In this document: positions 17,714 to 26,314 of the stretch, one piece after another
Position numbering within the stretch: position 1 is the stretch's first letter
Layout of the letters: each line of letters opens with the position of its first letter
NCBI GenBank assembly: GCA_016196885.1
Contig: JACPWU010000011.1
Coordinates: 30,001 to 62,000 of the forward strand
Origin: Chlamydiota bacterium
GTDB taxonomy: Bacteria > Auribacterota > JACPWU01
Reading direction: 5' to 3'
Length of the DNA: 32,000 nucleotides
Translations under genes and position numbers: made by a program
Notes under the pieces: model-generated
Database searches by the model: none
The model's input: the letters and a program-made list of their open reading frames with translations, nothing else
Told to the model about the DNA's origin: nothing

Positions 17714-17738
17714 TAACTCATTCTGAAAGAACAAGTTA
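17714..17738. promoter_or_regulatory. second copy of the TAACTCATTCT-N3-AGAAnnAGTTA site
   Basis: taactcattct-gaa-agaacaagtta. The left half is identical to 11076-11086, the right half matches 9 of 11, and the spacing is the same. It lies ~180-200 nt upstream of the first gene of the block. Confidence 0.4.
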
Positions 17739-17747
17739 AGAGTTTTA

Positions 17748-17860
17748 AATGACAAATGACCCATAAGAAATGACAAATTAATTTACAATGATCCAATGTC
17801 CAATTGGAAATTTGTCATGGGTCATTCATTTGGCATTGGAAATCGGACATTTGTCATTTA
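17748..17860. repeat. AAATGAC-word nested palindrome downstream of nadX
   Basis: aaatgac aaatgac ccataag aaatgac faces atttgtc atgggtc. aaatgacaaatg (17748-17759) is exactly complementary to catttgtcattt (17849-17860). Confidence 0.75.
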
Positions 17861-17863
17861 GCT

Positions 17864-18679
17864 TCACGTCCCAATCTCAAGCCCAAAAAGTGCTTTTTCA
17901 AGCGTGGCGATAGCGGAAAAAGCCGCTAAAAGGCTGGTTTTAGGATTTTTATGGGAGGGTTCGTTTTCAATGACAAAAGAGGCTCGGCCAAACTCCCCTT
18001 CAATGACAATCTCATGAACATTTTTCTTGAGATGTCGGGAAGTCATCATTTTGACCCTTGTGCGGTCAGCTCCAATCCCAACGAGGCTTAGAGTCGCAGC
18101 GACATTCACATTTTGAGGAAATGCTCGAATCGCTTCTGATGCCTTGCCCTCAAAAATAAGTTTTTCTCCCAGGACTGAATCTAAATCAATCTTGGCTTGA
18201 ATAACATAAGGAGCCTCTCTCAAGGCCTCTACCGGTTTTTTGGTCGTGAGTTCGACAGAATAAATTTTTCCGACATGAGCCGACTTAAGAAGATCCACAC
18301 CTCCAATAGCACCTGAGGGAATTAAAATTCGAACTCTTTTTGAACGGACCTCTTCTAAAAGCGAGGGATCGAGTAAAAGTCCACCCACGCTCATGACCAA
18401 GAGATCTCGATTGAGAAGCATGACCTGTCTCAACAAATCCGGCACGACCTCTTGACAGGCTGCCTCAATTACGAGATCTGAAGATTCGACGCACTCTAAA
18501 AGAGTTCGAAGAGGGACATCAAAACCCAATTGCTGATCAAAAATTTCTTTTTTCTCGGAGTGAATTTCACAAACGGCAACCAGCTCAGCTACAGGACGGA
18601 AACGGTCCTTGATGGCCAAGGCCACTTGAGTTCCAATCGAGCCACAACCAATGATGGAAATACGCTTTTTAGCACTCAT
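17864..18679 (-). CDS. nadX: L-aspartate dehydrogenase-like protein
   Basis: 271 aa with the N-terminal Rossmann motif ISIIGCGSIG. The size and layout match TM1643-type aspartate dehydrogenase. There is an ATGA overlap with panD. Confidence 0.72.
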   Translation of the reverse strand: MSAKKRISIIGCGSIGTQVALAIKDRFRPVAELVAVCEIHSEKKEIFDQQLGFDVPLRTLLECVESSDLVIEAACQEVVPDLLRQVMLLNRDLLVMSVGGLLLDPSLLEEVRSKRVRILIPSGAIGGVDLLKSAHVGKIYSVELTTKKPVEALREAPYVIQAKIDLDSVLGEKLIFEGKASEAIRAFPQNVNVAATLSLVGIGADRTRVKMMTSRHLKKNVHEIVIEGEFGRASFVIENEPSHKNPKTSLLAAFSAIATLEKALFGLEIGT

Positions 18680-19044
18680 CCAATGCGTTTCACCTTGCCT
18701 TTGATCCGATTCTTCTCATTTACAAAAACAACTTTTGGACGATGCATTTTTGCCTTGGCCTCTTCGATCTGACCGTACGAAATGATTAGAACTTTATCGC
18801 CCACCAACCCCCATCGGGCCATGCCACCATTCATTCCAATGATTCCGGATCCCCTAGGCCCCCGCATGGCATAAGTTTCCATCCGGGCGCCATTGTTTAA
18901 ATTTACCACCTGGACCTTTTCAAAAGGAAGAATCCTAGAGGCTTCGAGAAGATTTTCATCAATGGTGATGCTCCCCTGATAATGAAGGTTGCTCTCGGTC
19001 ACTGTGGCACCGTGAATTTTAGATTTTAAGATACAGATGAGCAT
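18676..19044 (-). CDS. panD: aspartate 1-decarboxylase
   Basis: 122 aa. It contains KSKIHGATVTE and the self-processing site HYQGSITID. Confidence 0.92.
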   Translation of the reverse strand: MLICILKSKIHGATVTESNLHYQGSITIDENLLEASRILPFEKVQVVNLNNGARMETYAMRGPRGSGIIGMNGGMARWGLVGDKVLIISYGQIEEAKAKMHRPKVVFVNEKNRIKGKVKRIG

Positions 19045-19063
19045 AAAAATCTCCTGAAAAACA

Positions 19064-19150
19064 AGCGTTCAGCGTATAGCGTACAGCGGACAGTTTATAA
19101 GGAATTGATTTTTTTCTGTACGCTGAACGCTATACGCTGTACGCTATTTT
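19064..19150. repeat. AGCGTTC-word palindromic element, copy 2 (inverted relative to 4001-4080)
   Basis: agcgttc agcgtat agcgtac agcggac faces ctgtacg ctgaacg ctatacg ctgtacg. The loop cagtttataaggaattgattt is the reverse complement of the loop in copy 1. On the gene strand the hairpin is followed by T5, then AGGAG and the panD ATG. Confidence 0.85.
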
Positions 19151-19998
19151 TATTTCACTTCCATTATCAGATTGTCAATGAGACGAATTTTGTCTATATA
19201 GACAGCAATGGCAATTAAAATTTTCCCTTTTAAGATTTTGAATTTTTCAAGCGTTTCGCCGTTGACAATCTCAACATAATCTATTTTGACCCCTTTTCGG
19301 GCCATGATCATTTTTTTCATTTTTTGAGTGATTCGCGCGGGCCGCCTCTCCCCTGCAGAAATCATCACCTTGGCCATGAAAAGCACTTCGTTTAAACACA
19401 GGGCCTCTTCTCTCTCCTGGGCTGAAAGAAGCGCATTTCGAGAACTATGGGCCAGACCCTCATGATCCCGAACGGTAGGGACCACCTCTATTTGAATATC
19501 CCACGAAAGGTCTTTCACCATACGCTGAATCACGATGGCTTGCTGCGCATCTTTTTGCCCGAATAAAGCCACATGGGGTTTCACAAGGTTGAAAAGCTTG
19601 GCCACAACAGTGGTGACACCTCGAAAATGTCCAGGTCGTGATTGACCGCAAAGAACCTTGGATAAGTTTTCTTCCACCACATACGTGGAGAATCCCTCAG
19701 GGTATATTTGCTTGGCTGTCGGACAAAAAACAACATCCACATGATGACCTTGGGCGTAGTGAAGATCGCGCCTGAGAGGTTTGGGATAGGTTTTTAGGTC
19801 TTCCGGATCTGAAAATTGAATGGGATTTAAAAAAATGCTCAAGATCACCACATCCCCCCATTTATGGGCCTTCCTCAAAAGGCCCAAATGGCCTTCATGA
19901 AGAGCACCCATTGTGGGAACAAAGGCGATTTTCTTTCCGTCCAAGCGAAACCTTTCGGCTATTGCCTGCATTTCTCGCAAATCACGAATGACTTTCAT
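19150..19998 (-). CDS. panC: pantoate--beta-alanine ligase
   Basis: 282 aa with the PTMGALHEGH motif. There is an ATGA overlap with panB. Confidence 0.92.
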   Translation of the reverse strand: MKVIRDLREMQAIAERFRLDGKKIAFVPTMGALHEGHLGLLRKAHKWGDVVILSIFLNPIQFSDPEDLKTYPKPLRRDLHYAQGHHVDVVFCPTAKQIYPEGFSTYVVEENLSKVLCGQSRPGHFRGVTTVVAKLFNLVKPHVALFGQKDAQQAIVIQRMVKDLSWDIQIEVVPTVRDHEGLAHSSRNALLSAQEREEALCLNEVLFMAKVMISAGERRPARITQKMKKMIMARKGVKIDYVEIVNGETLEKFKILKGKILIAIAVYIDKIRLIDNLIMEVK

Positions 19999-20804
19999 GA
20001 GTAGATATGTTCCTTCGATGGAAATTTTCCTTTTTTCACGTCGTCCGCATAACTCTTAAAGGCCTCTCTCATCGTTTGCGCCAAATGCGCATATTGTTTT
20101 ACAAATTTTGGCTTCATTCCCTCGTAAAGCCCCAAAAGATCATGACTCACCAAAATTTGTCCATCACAATCGCTCCCCGCACCAATGCCGAGGGTGGGTA
20201 TTTCCAATTTTTCTGTGATCTCTCGAGCTAAAGTTGTGGGCACACATTCTAAGACAAGGCCAAAAACTCCAGCGTCTTGAAGAACCAGAGCATCTTCTAT
20301 CATTTCTTTTTGCTGACGTACATCTCTTCCCTGAACATGATAGCCGCTCTGGGCAATCACATGGGTGGGAAGCATACCCAGATGGCCCAGGACGGGAATT
20401 CCCACAGAAACCATTTTTTGAATCACATCCGCCAGGGTTCTACCGCCCTCTAATTTGACCGCTTGTGCATGAGCCTCTTGAATGAAACGAGCCGCATTGC
20501 GCAAGGTGTCTTCATGGGAAATTCCATAAGATGAAAAAGGCATGTCGGCTACAAGCAGGCTTTTTCGAACGCCCCGAGCCACGGCACGCGTGTGATGAAT
20601 CATGTCATCCAGGGTCACAGGCAAAGTGCTGGAATAACCCAAGACCACCATCCCCAGAGAATCTCCCACCAAAATAAGATCCGTCCCCACTTCATCTAGG
20701 ATTTTGGCCGTTCCATAATCGTAAGCCGTTAAGGCCACGATTTTTTCGTGCGCCTTTTTTTTCAGCTTCAAGATTTCCAATGTGACTTTCGTTTTTAGGC
20801 TCAT
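19995..20804 (-). CDS. panB: 3-methyl-2-oxobutanoate hydroxymethyltransferase
   Basis: 269 aa containing LTAYDY and VGDSLGMV. Confidence 0.92.
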   Translation of the reverse strand: MSLKTKVTLEILKLKKKAHEKIVALTAYDYGTAKILDEVGTDLILVGDSLGMVVLGYSSTLPVTLDDMIHHTRAVARGVRKSLLVADMPFSSYGISHEDTLRNAARFIQEAHAQAVKLEGGRTLADVIQKMVSVGIPVLGHLGMLPTHVIAQSGYHVQGRDVRQQKEMIEDALVLQDAGVFGLVLECVPTTLAREITEKLEIPTLGIGAGSDCDGQILVSHDLLGLYEGMKPKFVKQYAHLAQTMREAFKSYADDVKKGKFPSKEHIYS

Positions 20805-20807
20805 CCT

Positions 20808-21314
20808 TTACTCCAAGGGCAACAGCTCAAAAATGGGAACCGCTTTCTTGACACTCCATTTATCTCTCAGATTCTTCAAGAGATTTCCCACGGTCTCCTG
20901 AAAACCAGGATGAATCAAATGCTCATCCAATTCCGAAAGGGGTTCTAAGACAAATCGCCTTTCATGAAGTCGCGGGTGAGGAAGTGTCAATGCCTCATTT
21001 TCCATCATGTGAGACTCATAAAAAAGCAAATCCAAGTCGATGGATCGAGAAATATTTTTCCCCGAGCGGACCCGGCCCAATGCAGCCTCGATTTTAAGAA
21101 GACGATCAAGTAAACCGAGAGGTTCCTCTACAGTTTCAATTTCTAAAACTGCATTGTAAAACCACAAGCCTTCGCAATGTACAGGCTCTGTCTCATAAAC
21201 ACTGGAAAGGCGCAAAATTAAAATGCTGTGTGTGTCTCCAATGAGAGAAATCGCCTTTTTCAAAAATGTCAGGCGATCTCCTACATTAGATCCTAAACCG
21301 ATGTATGCTTTCAT
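20808..21314 (-). CDS. folK: 2-amino-4-hydroxy-6-hydroxymethyldihydropteridine diphosphokinase
   Basis: 168 aa containing AYIGLGSNVGD and SIDLDLL. folK-panB-panC adjacency is also seen in E. coli. Confidence 0.85.
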   Translation of the reverse strand: MKAYIGLGSNVGDRLTFLKKAISLIGDTHSILILRLSSVYETEPVHCEGLWFYNAVLEIETVEEPLGLLDRLLKIEAALGRVRSGKNISRSIDLDLLFYESHMMENEALTLPHPRLHERRFVLEPLSELDEHLIHPGFQETVGNLLKNLRDKWSVKKAVPIFELLPLE

Positions 21315-21363
21315 GAAAGTATCTACGTTGTTATTTTTTCGATTGAATGTTTGTCAGTATGAA

Positions 21364-21462
21364 TTAACTCCCCCAACCCCTCTTTCCCATGGGGACTATA
21401 ACCTCTTAAAATAAGAGGGGAGTCTGTCCTCCCCTTATTTAAGGGGAGTTAGAGGGGTTAAA
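21364..21462. repeat. TAACTCCCCC-family structured repeat, copy (99 bp)
   Basis: The sequence runs ttaactcccccaacccctct...cctcttaaaataagagg...ctccccttatttaaggggagttagaggggttaa. It has two internal hairpins and complementary termini. Confidence 0.8.
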
Positions 21463-21485
21463 TATTCTATTCTTCGTGAGTCCTT

Positions 21486-22664
21486 CTAAACCAACGCCAC
21501 TTTTTTCAAACGCAACACGGCTTCTCGAATTCTTGCCACGGGAACGGTGATGGAAAAACGAATATAGCCCTCGCCGCTCACGCCAAAGCCAACGCCCGGG
21601 GTTGCAACAATCCCCGTCTCTGAAAGCAGACGCAAAGCCATGGCCTTTGAAGACGTGCCCTCGGGCAAAGAGGCCCAGATATAAAAAGAGGCCTTTGGCG
21701 CCTTCACCTTCCAGCCTGCTTCTTTTAAACCAGCCATTAAAACATCCCGTCTCTCTCGATACGTTTTGAGAAGCTCCTCTCGATCCCGATCGGAGAAAGA
21801 AAGCGCCCGAATGCCCGCCCATTGAATCGCTTGAAAAATGCCAGAGTCTACATTGGATTTGACCTTGGCCAGCCCTTGAATGACTGGGGCATGCCCTACG
21901 GCAAAACCGATTCTCCAGCCCGTCATGTTATAGGTTTTGGAAAGAGAATGAAACTCAATTCCTATTTCCTTGGCTCCCTCAGCCTCCAAAAAACTGTGCG
22001 GTTTTTCCTCGTAATAAACCTCGGTATAAGCGGCATCATGACAAACGAGGATGTTGTTTTTTTTCGCAAATTGAACCGCTTCTTTAAAAAAATCTAAAGA
22101 GGCCGTGGCTCCGGTCGGATTGTTCGGGTAGTTGATAAACATCATTTTTGCCTTTGTAAGATCTTTTTGGGAAAGACCTGCCAAACAGGGGAGAAAGTTA
22201 TTTTTCTCGAGCAAACTCATGTAAACAGGTTCTCCCCCCGCAAACCAAGTTCCCGACTGATAGACAGGGTAGCCTGGCTCAGGCACAAGCACACGATCCC
22301 CCGGATTGATAAAAGCCAGGGGAATATGTCCAATCCCCTCTTTGGAACCAATCAAAGGAAGAATTTCTGTGTCAGCTTTAAGACTAACCCCAAACCGCCT
22401 GGCGTACCACTGAGCAATAGCCTTTCTAAATTCTGCCAGGCCCGCATCCAAGGAATAGCGATGATTCTTAGGGTCCCGAGCCGCTCGATAAAGCTCTTCA
22501 ATAATCGGCTGCGGTGTTGGAAGATCCGGATCTCCAACCCCTAAATCAATAATGTCTTTCCCTTCAGAAAGGGCCTTCCTCCTTGCCCGGTCTATTTCGA
22601 TAAATAAATAGGGCGGAAGTTTTTTGATACGATCTGCAAATTCGAAATTCATGCCACTCATCAT
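21486..22664 (-). CDS. dapL: LL-diaminopimelate aminotransferase
   Basis: 392 aa. It contains KKLPPYLFIEIDR, LGVGDPDLPTPQ, NYPNNPTGA and FHSLSKTYNMTGWRIG, which match the DapL family as I recall it. It lies next to dapB and dapA. Confidence 0.8.
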   Translation of the reverse strand: MMSGMNFEFADRIKKLPPYLFIEIDRARRKALSEGKDIIDLGVGDPDLPTPQPIIEELYRAARDPKNHRYSLDAGLAEFRKAIAQWYARRFGVSLKADTEILPLIGSKEGIGHIPLAFINPGDRVLVPEPGYPVYQSGTWFAGGEPVYMSLLEKNNFLPCLAGLSQKDLTKAKMMFINYPNNPTGATASLDFFKEAVQFAKKNNILVCHDAAYTEVYYEEKPHSFLEAEGAKEIGIEFHSLSKTYNMTGWRIGFAVGHAPVIQGLAKVKSNVDSGIFQAIQWAGIRALSFSDRDREELLKTYRERRDVLMAGLKEAGWKVKAPKASFYIWASLPEGTSSKAMALRLLSETGIVATPGVGFGVSGEGYIRFSITVPVARIREAVLRLKKVALV

Positions 22665-22682
22665 TTTTTAATCTTTGAACTT

Positions 22683-23513
22683 TTAAACTTTTGAACTTTC
22701 CATGTAAATACCTAACACGTCCCTCATATCGTACAACCCCGTCTTTGCTTTCACCACAAACTTGGCCGCTCTTAACGCCCCACGGGCAAAAGGCTCACGG
22801 CTATGGGCGCGATGAATCAGCTCCACACGTTCCGAGGCCCCCGCAAACAAAACTGTGTGGTCCCCCACAATGTCTCCCGCCCGAACGGCAAAAACACCGA
22901 TTTCTTTGGTTTTACGCTCTCCCACCATTCCCTTTCGTCCGTAGACAATATCTTCTTTCAAATCTCGGTGAAGGGTTTCAGCTAAGACTCGAACAATTTG
23001 ATGGGCAGTTCCACTGGGGGCATCTTTCTTTAAACGATGATGGGCTTCCACCACCTCGACATCATAGGACTCACCCAAAACTCGAGCAGCTTCTTCCACT
23101 AATTTAAAAAGTAAATTAATACCTACACTCATGTTGGGAGATTTCACACACGAAATTTTTAAGCCTGCCTGTTGATACATCTTATTTTGCTCTTCGGTAA
23201 AACCGGTCGTTCCGACCACCAAAGGAATTTTTTTCTGAGTCGCAACTTGTAAAAGAGTTATTGAAGCTTCGGGTTGGGAAAAATCAATGATGGCTTGAGC
23301 TTTTTCAAGCGCTTCATTCAAATCAGAAGTCACCTTCACTTTGAGAGAAGAAATGCCAACCAAGGCACCCACCTCCTGCCCTAAATAGGAAGACTTCGAA
23401 TGTTCGACAGCCCCGACGATTTCAAAAGAGGGTTCATTCAGGGCGCATTGAATAATCTGCCTCCCCATTTTTCCGCAAGCACCATGGACAACAATCTTTA
23501 TTTTTTCTGGCAT
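22683..23513 (-). CDS. dapB: 4-hydroxy-tetrahydrodipicolinate reductase
   Basis: 276 aa with GACGKMGR and the EAHHRLKKDAPSGTA motif. Confidence 0.93.
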   Translation of the reverse strand: MPEKIKIVVHGACGKMGRQIIQCALNEPSFEIVGAVEHSKSSYLGQEVGALVGISSLKVKVTSDLNEALEKAQAIIDFSQPEASITLLQVATQKKIPLVVGTTGFTEEQNKMYQQAGLKISCVKSPNMSVGINLLFKLVEEAARVLGESYDVEVVEAHHRLKKDAPSGTAHQIVRVLAETLHRDLKEDIVYGRKGMVGERKTKEIGVFAVRAGDIVGDHTVLFAGASERVELIHRAHSREPFARGALRAAKFVVKAKTGLYDMRDVLGIYMESSKV

Positions 23514-23534
23514 CTTTTGAACCTTTGAACTTTA

Positions 23535-24401
23535 TTATACGAGTTTTAGTTTCTTTAACTCCTTCTCTAAAACCTTCCGATTCTCTTCTCCCATTTTAAC
23601 AAGAGGAAGTCTTAATTCTTCCGTGATGAGTCCCATCATGGCCATGGCTGTTTTAATGGGGGTGGGATTCGTTTCAATGAAAAGAGCCTTCGTCAAAGAA
23701 AAAATTTCGAAATGAATCTGTTGGGCCAAATGAATTTGCCCACGATCCCATGCCTCAATCATGTCTTGAACCTTGCGCGGTAAAATATTGGCTGCGACCG
23801 AGATGACGCCGACGCCTCCAATTGAAAGGATGGGCAGCGTGAGAGAATCGTCTCCAGAAATGAGAGCCATGTCACATAAAGAAGCGATTTGAGACATTTG
23901 ATCCAAACTGCCACTGGCCTCTTTGACTGCTACAATATTTTTAATCTTACTAAGACGCGCCATGGTTTCAGGAAGCACATTCACCCCTGTGCGACCTGGA
24001 ATATTGTAAAGAATAATAGGAATATTCACGTTCTTGGCAATGGCTGCAAAATGTTCATACAACCCATTCTGCGTGGGACGATTGTAATACGGTGCAATGA
24101 GAAGGGCTGCATCAGCTCCAACACTTTCTGCATAGTGCGTCAGTTCAATCGCCTCATCTGTTGAATTAGATCCTGTTCCCGCAATCACAGGAACTCGACG
24201 AGCACTTGCCTCAATAACAATTTCTATCACACGCTTGTGTTCTTCGTGAGAAAGCGTGGGCGATTCTCCTGTCGTTCCACAAGGCACCAGAGCCTTGGTT
24301 CCCTCTTTTACATGAAACTCGACCAGCTTTACCAAAGCCTCTTCGTCTACTTTCCCCTTTTTAAAAGGGGTAACCAATGCGACCATCGAACCACGAAACA
24401 T
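23535..24401 (-). CDS. dapA: 4-hydroxy-tetrahydrodipicolinate synthase
   Basis: 288 aa with GTTGES and the active-site lysine context VAVKEASG. Confidence 0.93.
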   Translation of the reverse strand: MFRGSMVALVTPFKKGKVDEEALVKLVEFHVKEGTKALVPCGTTGESPTLSHEEHKRVIEIVIEASARRVPVIAGTGSNSTDEAIELTHYAESVGADAALLIAPYYNRPTQNGLYEHFAAIAKNVNIPIILYNIPGRTGVNVLPETMARLSKIKNIVAVKEASGSLDQMSQIASLCDMALISGDDSLTLPILSIGGVGVISVAANILPRKVQDMIEAWDRGQIHLAQQIHFEIFSLTKALFIETNPTPIKTAMAMMGLITEELRLPLVKMGEENRKVLEKELKKLKLV

Positions 24402-24482
24402 AAAAACCTCTCCTTATAGAGCGCAAAACGGGATGCATTATAACTGATCACCACATCCAAAACAACGATTCACAGAACTAAA

Positions 24483-24707
24483 TTATCTCTTCAATAAAAG
24501 GTCGTACGAAGAGTGAGAACCGATCCAGAACCATGTGATTTCTTTTTCTTGAAGAACACCTACAGCACGGTAAGCTCTCGTAATGCGAATAGAGAAAATG
24601 GGACGGGTAGAATGAACTTGTTTATAAGCCTCTTTTGCTCGTCTTTTAATTTCGAGGGGAAGTCGTTCGTAACATTTCCAAAACCGTTCAGACGTTTTTG
24701 ACTTCAC
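24483..24707 (-). CDS. small RelE/ParE-superfamily-like toxin, possibly internally shortened
   Basis: 74 aa with a GTG start that overlaps the upstream stop (GTGA). The tail SIRITRAYRAVGVLQEKEITWFWIGSHSSYDLLL matches a widespread small-toxin family ending WFWIGsHxxYD. The segment normally holding ..NPxHPSLxFK.. appears to be missing. Confidence 0.5.
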   Translation of the reverse strand: MKSKTSERFWKCYERLPLEIKRRAKEAYKQVHSTRPIFSIRITRAYRAVGVLQEKEITWFWIGSHSSYDLLLKR

Positions 24708-24922
24708 AAGCGATTAAAATCCAGAGATTTCACTTTTCCTTTTTTTCGTTCTTCAAGCGCTTCATCGGCCATATCATCAAGAAGATATTCTGAATCCGCA
24801 AAAACCTCTTCCCATTTCCGATCAGATTTCAATTCTTCAAGCAACCATTTTGCTAATATGTTCTGATCGAGAACAGGCAGTTTTGATGCTGTTTTAAAAG
24901 CTTTCTCCATGAGTTTTGTCAT
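24704..24922 (-). CDS. cognate antitoxin-like protein
   Basis: 72 aa. MTKLMEKAFKTASKLPVLDQNILAKWLLEELKSDRKWEEVF..DEALEE..GKVKSLDFNRL matches the usual partner pattern of that toxin family, as I recall it from memory. Confidence 0.5.
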   Translation of the reverse strand: MTKLMEKAFKTASKLPVLDQNILAKWLLEELKSDRKWEEVFADSEYLLDDMADEALEERKKGKVKSLDFNRL

Positions 24923-24967
24923 GACTTATTTTCTTCCTTACAAGCATAGGTTATATCACAACATAGC

Positions 24968-26218
24968 TTAAACTTCGCCAACTTTTTCTCCGCGAATCAA
25001 ATCTTCCAATTTTTCTCTCTCGCGAATCACTTGAAATTGATTTCCTCTGACCATGACCTCAGCGACTCTCGGGCGAGAATTATAATGAGAAGCCATGGAA
25101 AATCCATAAGCCCCTGCGGACATAATCGCCAAAATATCTCCAGGCTCTACCGACGGAAGCGAACGGTCCTTGGCAAAAAAATCCCCCGACTCACAAATAG
25201 GTCCCACCACATCGGACACGACTTTTCCAATGCGATGGTTGACCACGGGCAAAATCCCGTGATAAGCCCCATATAAACTGGGTCGAATTAAATCATTCAT
25301 CCCTGCATCCACAATCACAAAATTTTTTACAGGGCTGGTTTTTAAGTATAACACCTTTGTCAGAAGAACACCCGCATTACCCGCAACGAAACGACCGGGT
25401 TCAATTAAAATTTTAAGCCCAAGGTCTCGAATCAAGGGTAGAACAGCTCGGGCAAAAGCCTCAGCGGTCGAGGGCGTTTCTTCTTTATAAACAATCCCCA
25501 AACCCCCTCCAATATCCAGCGTCTCTAAAGGAACGCCCACCTTTTTTAAACGTTGAATCAGGGGAATAATTTTTTTTACTGCTTCTTGATAGGGCTCAGT
25601 ATCTACAATTTGAGAACCGATGTGCATGTGAAGCGCGGTCGCCCTCATTCCCTTTAAAGTCAGCGCCTTACGATAAGCCTCTACAGAAGCCTCCATGTCC
25701 AGACCAAATTTATTTTCAGCCTTTCCCGTCGAGGTGTATTGATGCGTCTTAGGATCCACATCGGGATTGACGCGAATGGCAATCTGAGCCGTCTTCCCAA
25801 GACGTCTCGCAACAGCATCTATCTCTTCTAATTCGGGAAAAGACTCCACCGTAAAAAAAAGAATGTTTTCTTTCAAGGCAAACTCAATTTCATCGGCTGT
25901 TTTTCCGACACCCGCAAAAACAATTTTTCGAGGGTCGGCCCCCGCCTTCAAAGCCCGAAAAAGTTCCCCTCCCGAGACAATGTCAAAACCAGAGCCCAAA
26001 TTTTTGAGGAGGGAGAGAACAGCCAGATTTGAATTCGACTTCACAGAATAACAAATCAAATGCTCCACGCTCGAAAACGCACGGTCTAATTTTTGAAAGT
26101 GATCGGTGAGAGTTTTTGAGCTATAGACATAGAGAGGGGTCCCCACCGCTTGGGCCATTTTCCCCAAGGGAACGTCTTCACAAAATAAAATGTCATCTTT
26201 GTAATGAAAGTCGTGCAT
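24968..26218 (-). CDS. lysA: diaminopimelate decarboxylase
   Basis: 416 aa with the PLP-lysine context YSVKSNSN, plus DIGGGLG and CESGD. Confidence 0.93.
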   Translation of the reverse strand: MHDFHYKDDILFCEDVPLGKMAQAVGTPLYVYSSKTLTDHFQKLDRAFSSVEHLICYSVKSNSNLAVLSLLKNLGSGFDIVSGGELFRALKAGADPRKIVFAGVGKTADEIEFALKENILFFTVESFPELEEIDAVARRLGKTAQIAIRVNPDVDPKTHQYTSTGKAENKFGLDMEASVEAYRKALTLKGMRATALHMHIGSQIVDTEPYQEAVKKIIPLIQRLKKVGVPLETLDIGGGLGIVYKEETPSTAEAFARAVLPLIRDLGLKILIEPGRFVAGNAGVLLTKVLYLKTSPVKNFVIVDAGMNDLIRPSLYGAYHGILPVVNHRIGKVVSDVVGPICESGDFFAKDRSLPSVEPGDILAIMSAGAYGFSMASHYNSRPRVAEVMVRGNQFQVIREREKLEDLIRGEKVGEV

Positions 26219-26228
26219 AAAAGGACCG

Positions 26229-26314
26229 AAGTCAGAAGTCAGAATTCAGAATAAAAACAAATAATACCCTCCTTATTTATTCTGTCTTCTGTCTTCTGTA
26301 TTCTGTATTCTTCT
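26229..26314. repeat. GAAGTCA / TTCTGTC heptamer-word imperfect palindrome spanning the argH stop
   Basis: gaagtca gaagtca gaattca gaataaa (26229-26256) faces ttctgtc ttctgtc ttctgta ttctgta ttcttct (26280-26314). The argH stop codon at 26273 lies in the loop just before the right arm. Confidence 0.75.

Noticed and set aside
8358-17863. Classical genomic island integrated at tRNA-Leu
   Set aside because: There is no integrase or recombinase gene. I could not find a direct repeat of the tRNA-Leu 3' end in the distal spacer (17530-17863). No obvious compositional break is visible by eye.
21439-21822. 127-aa minus-strand ORF overlapping the 3' part of dapL in another frame
   Set aside because: It lies almost entirely within the well-supported dapL coding region and runs into the TAACTCCCCC repeat. 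Its Gly/Arg-rich composition is typical of an alternative-frame artefact. The same reasoning applies to the other short ORFs in the track that overlap purA, serA, clpX, clpP, tig, panC, dapB, lysA, argH, argF and argD.
24402-26272. Lysine riboswitch or T-box leader upstream of lysA or dapA
   Set aside because: The spacers are only ~45-80 nt and contain none of the conserved riboswitch cores I can recall. They are too short for an L-box or a T-box.
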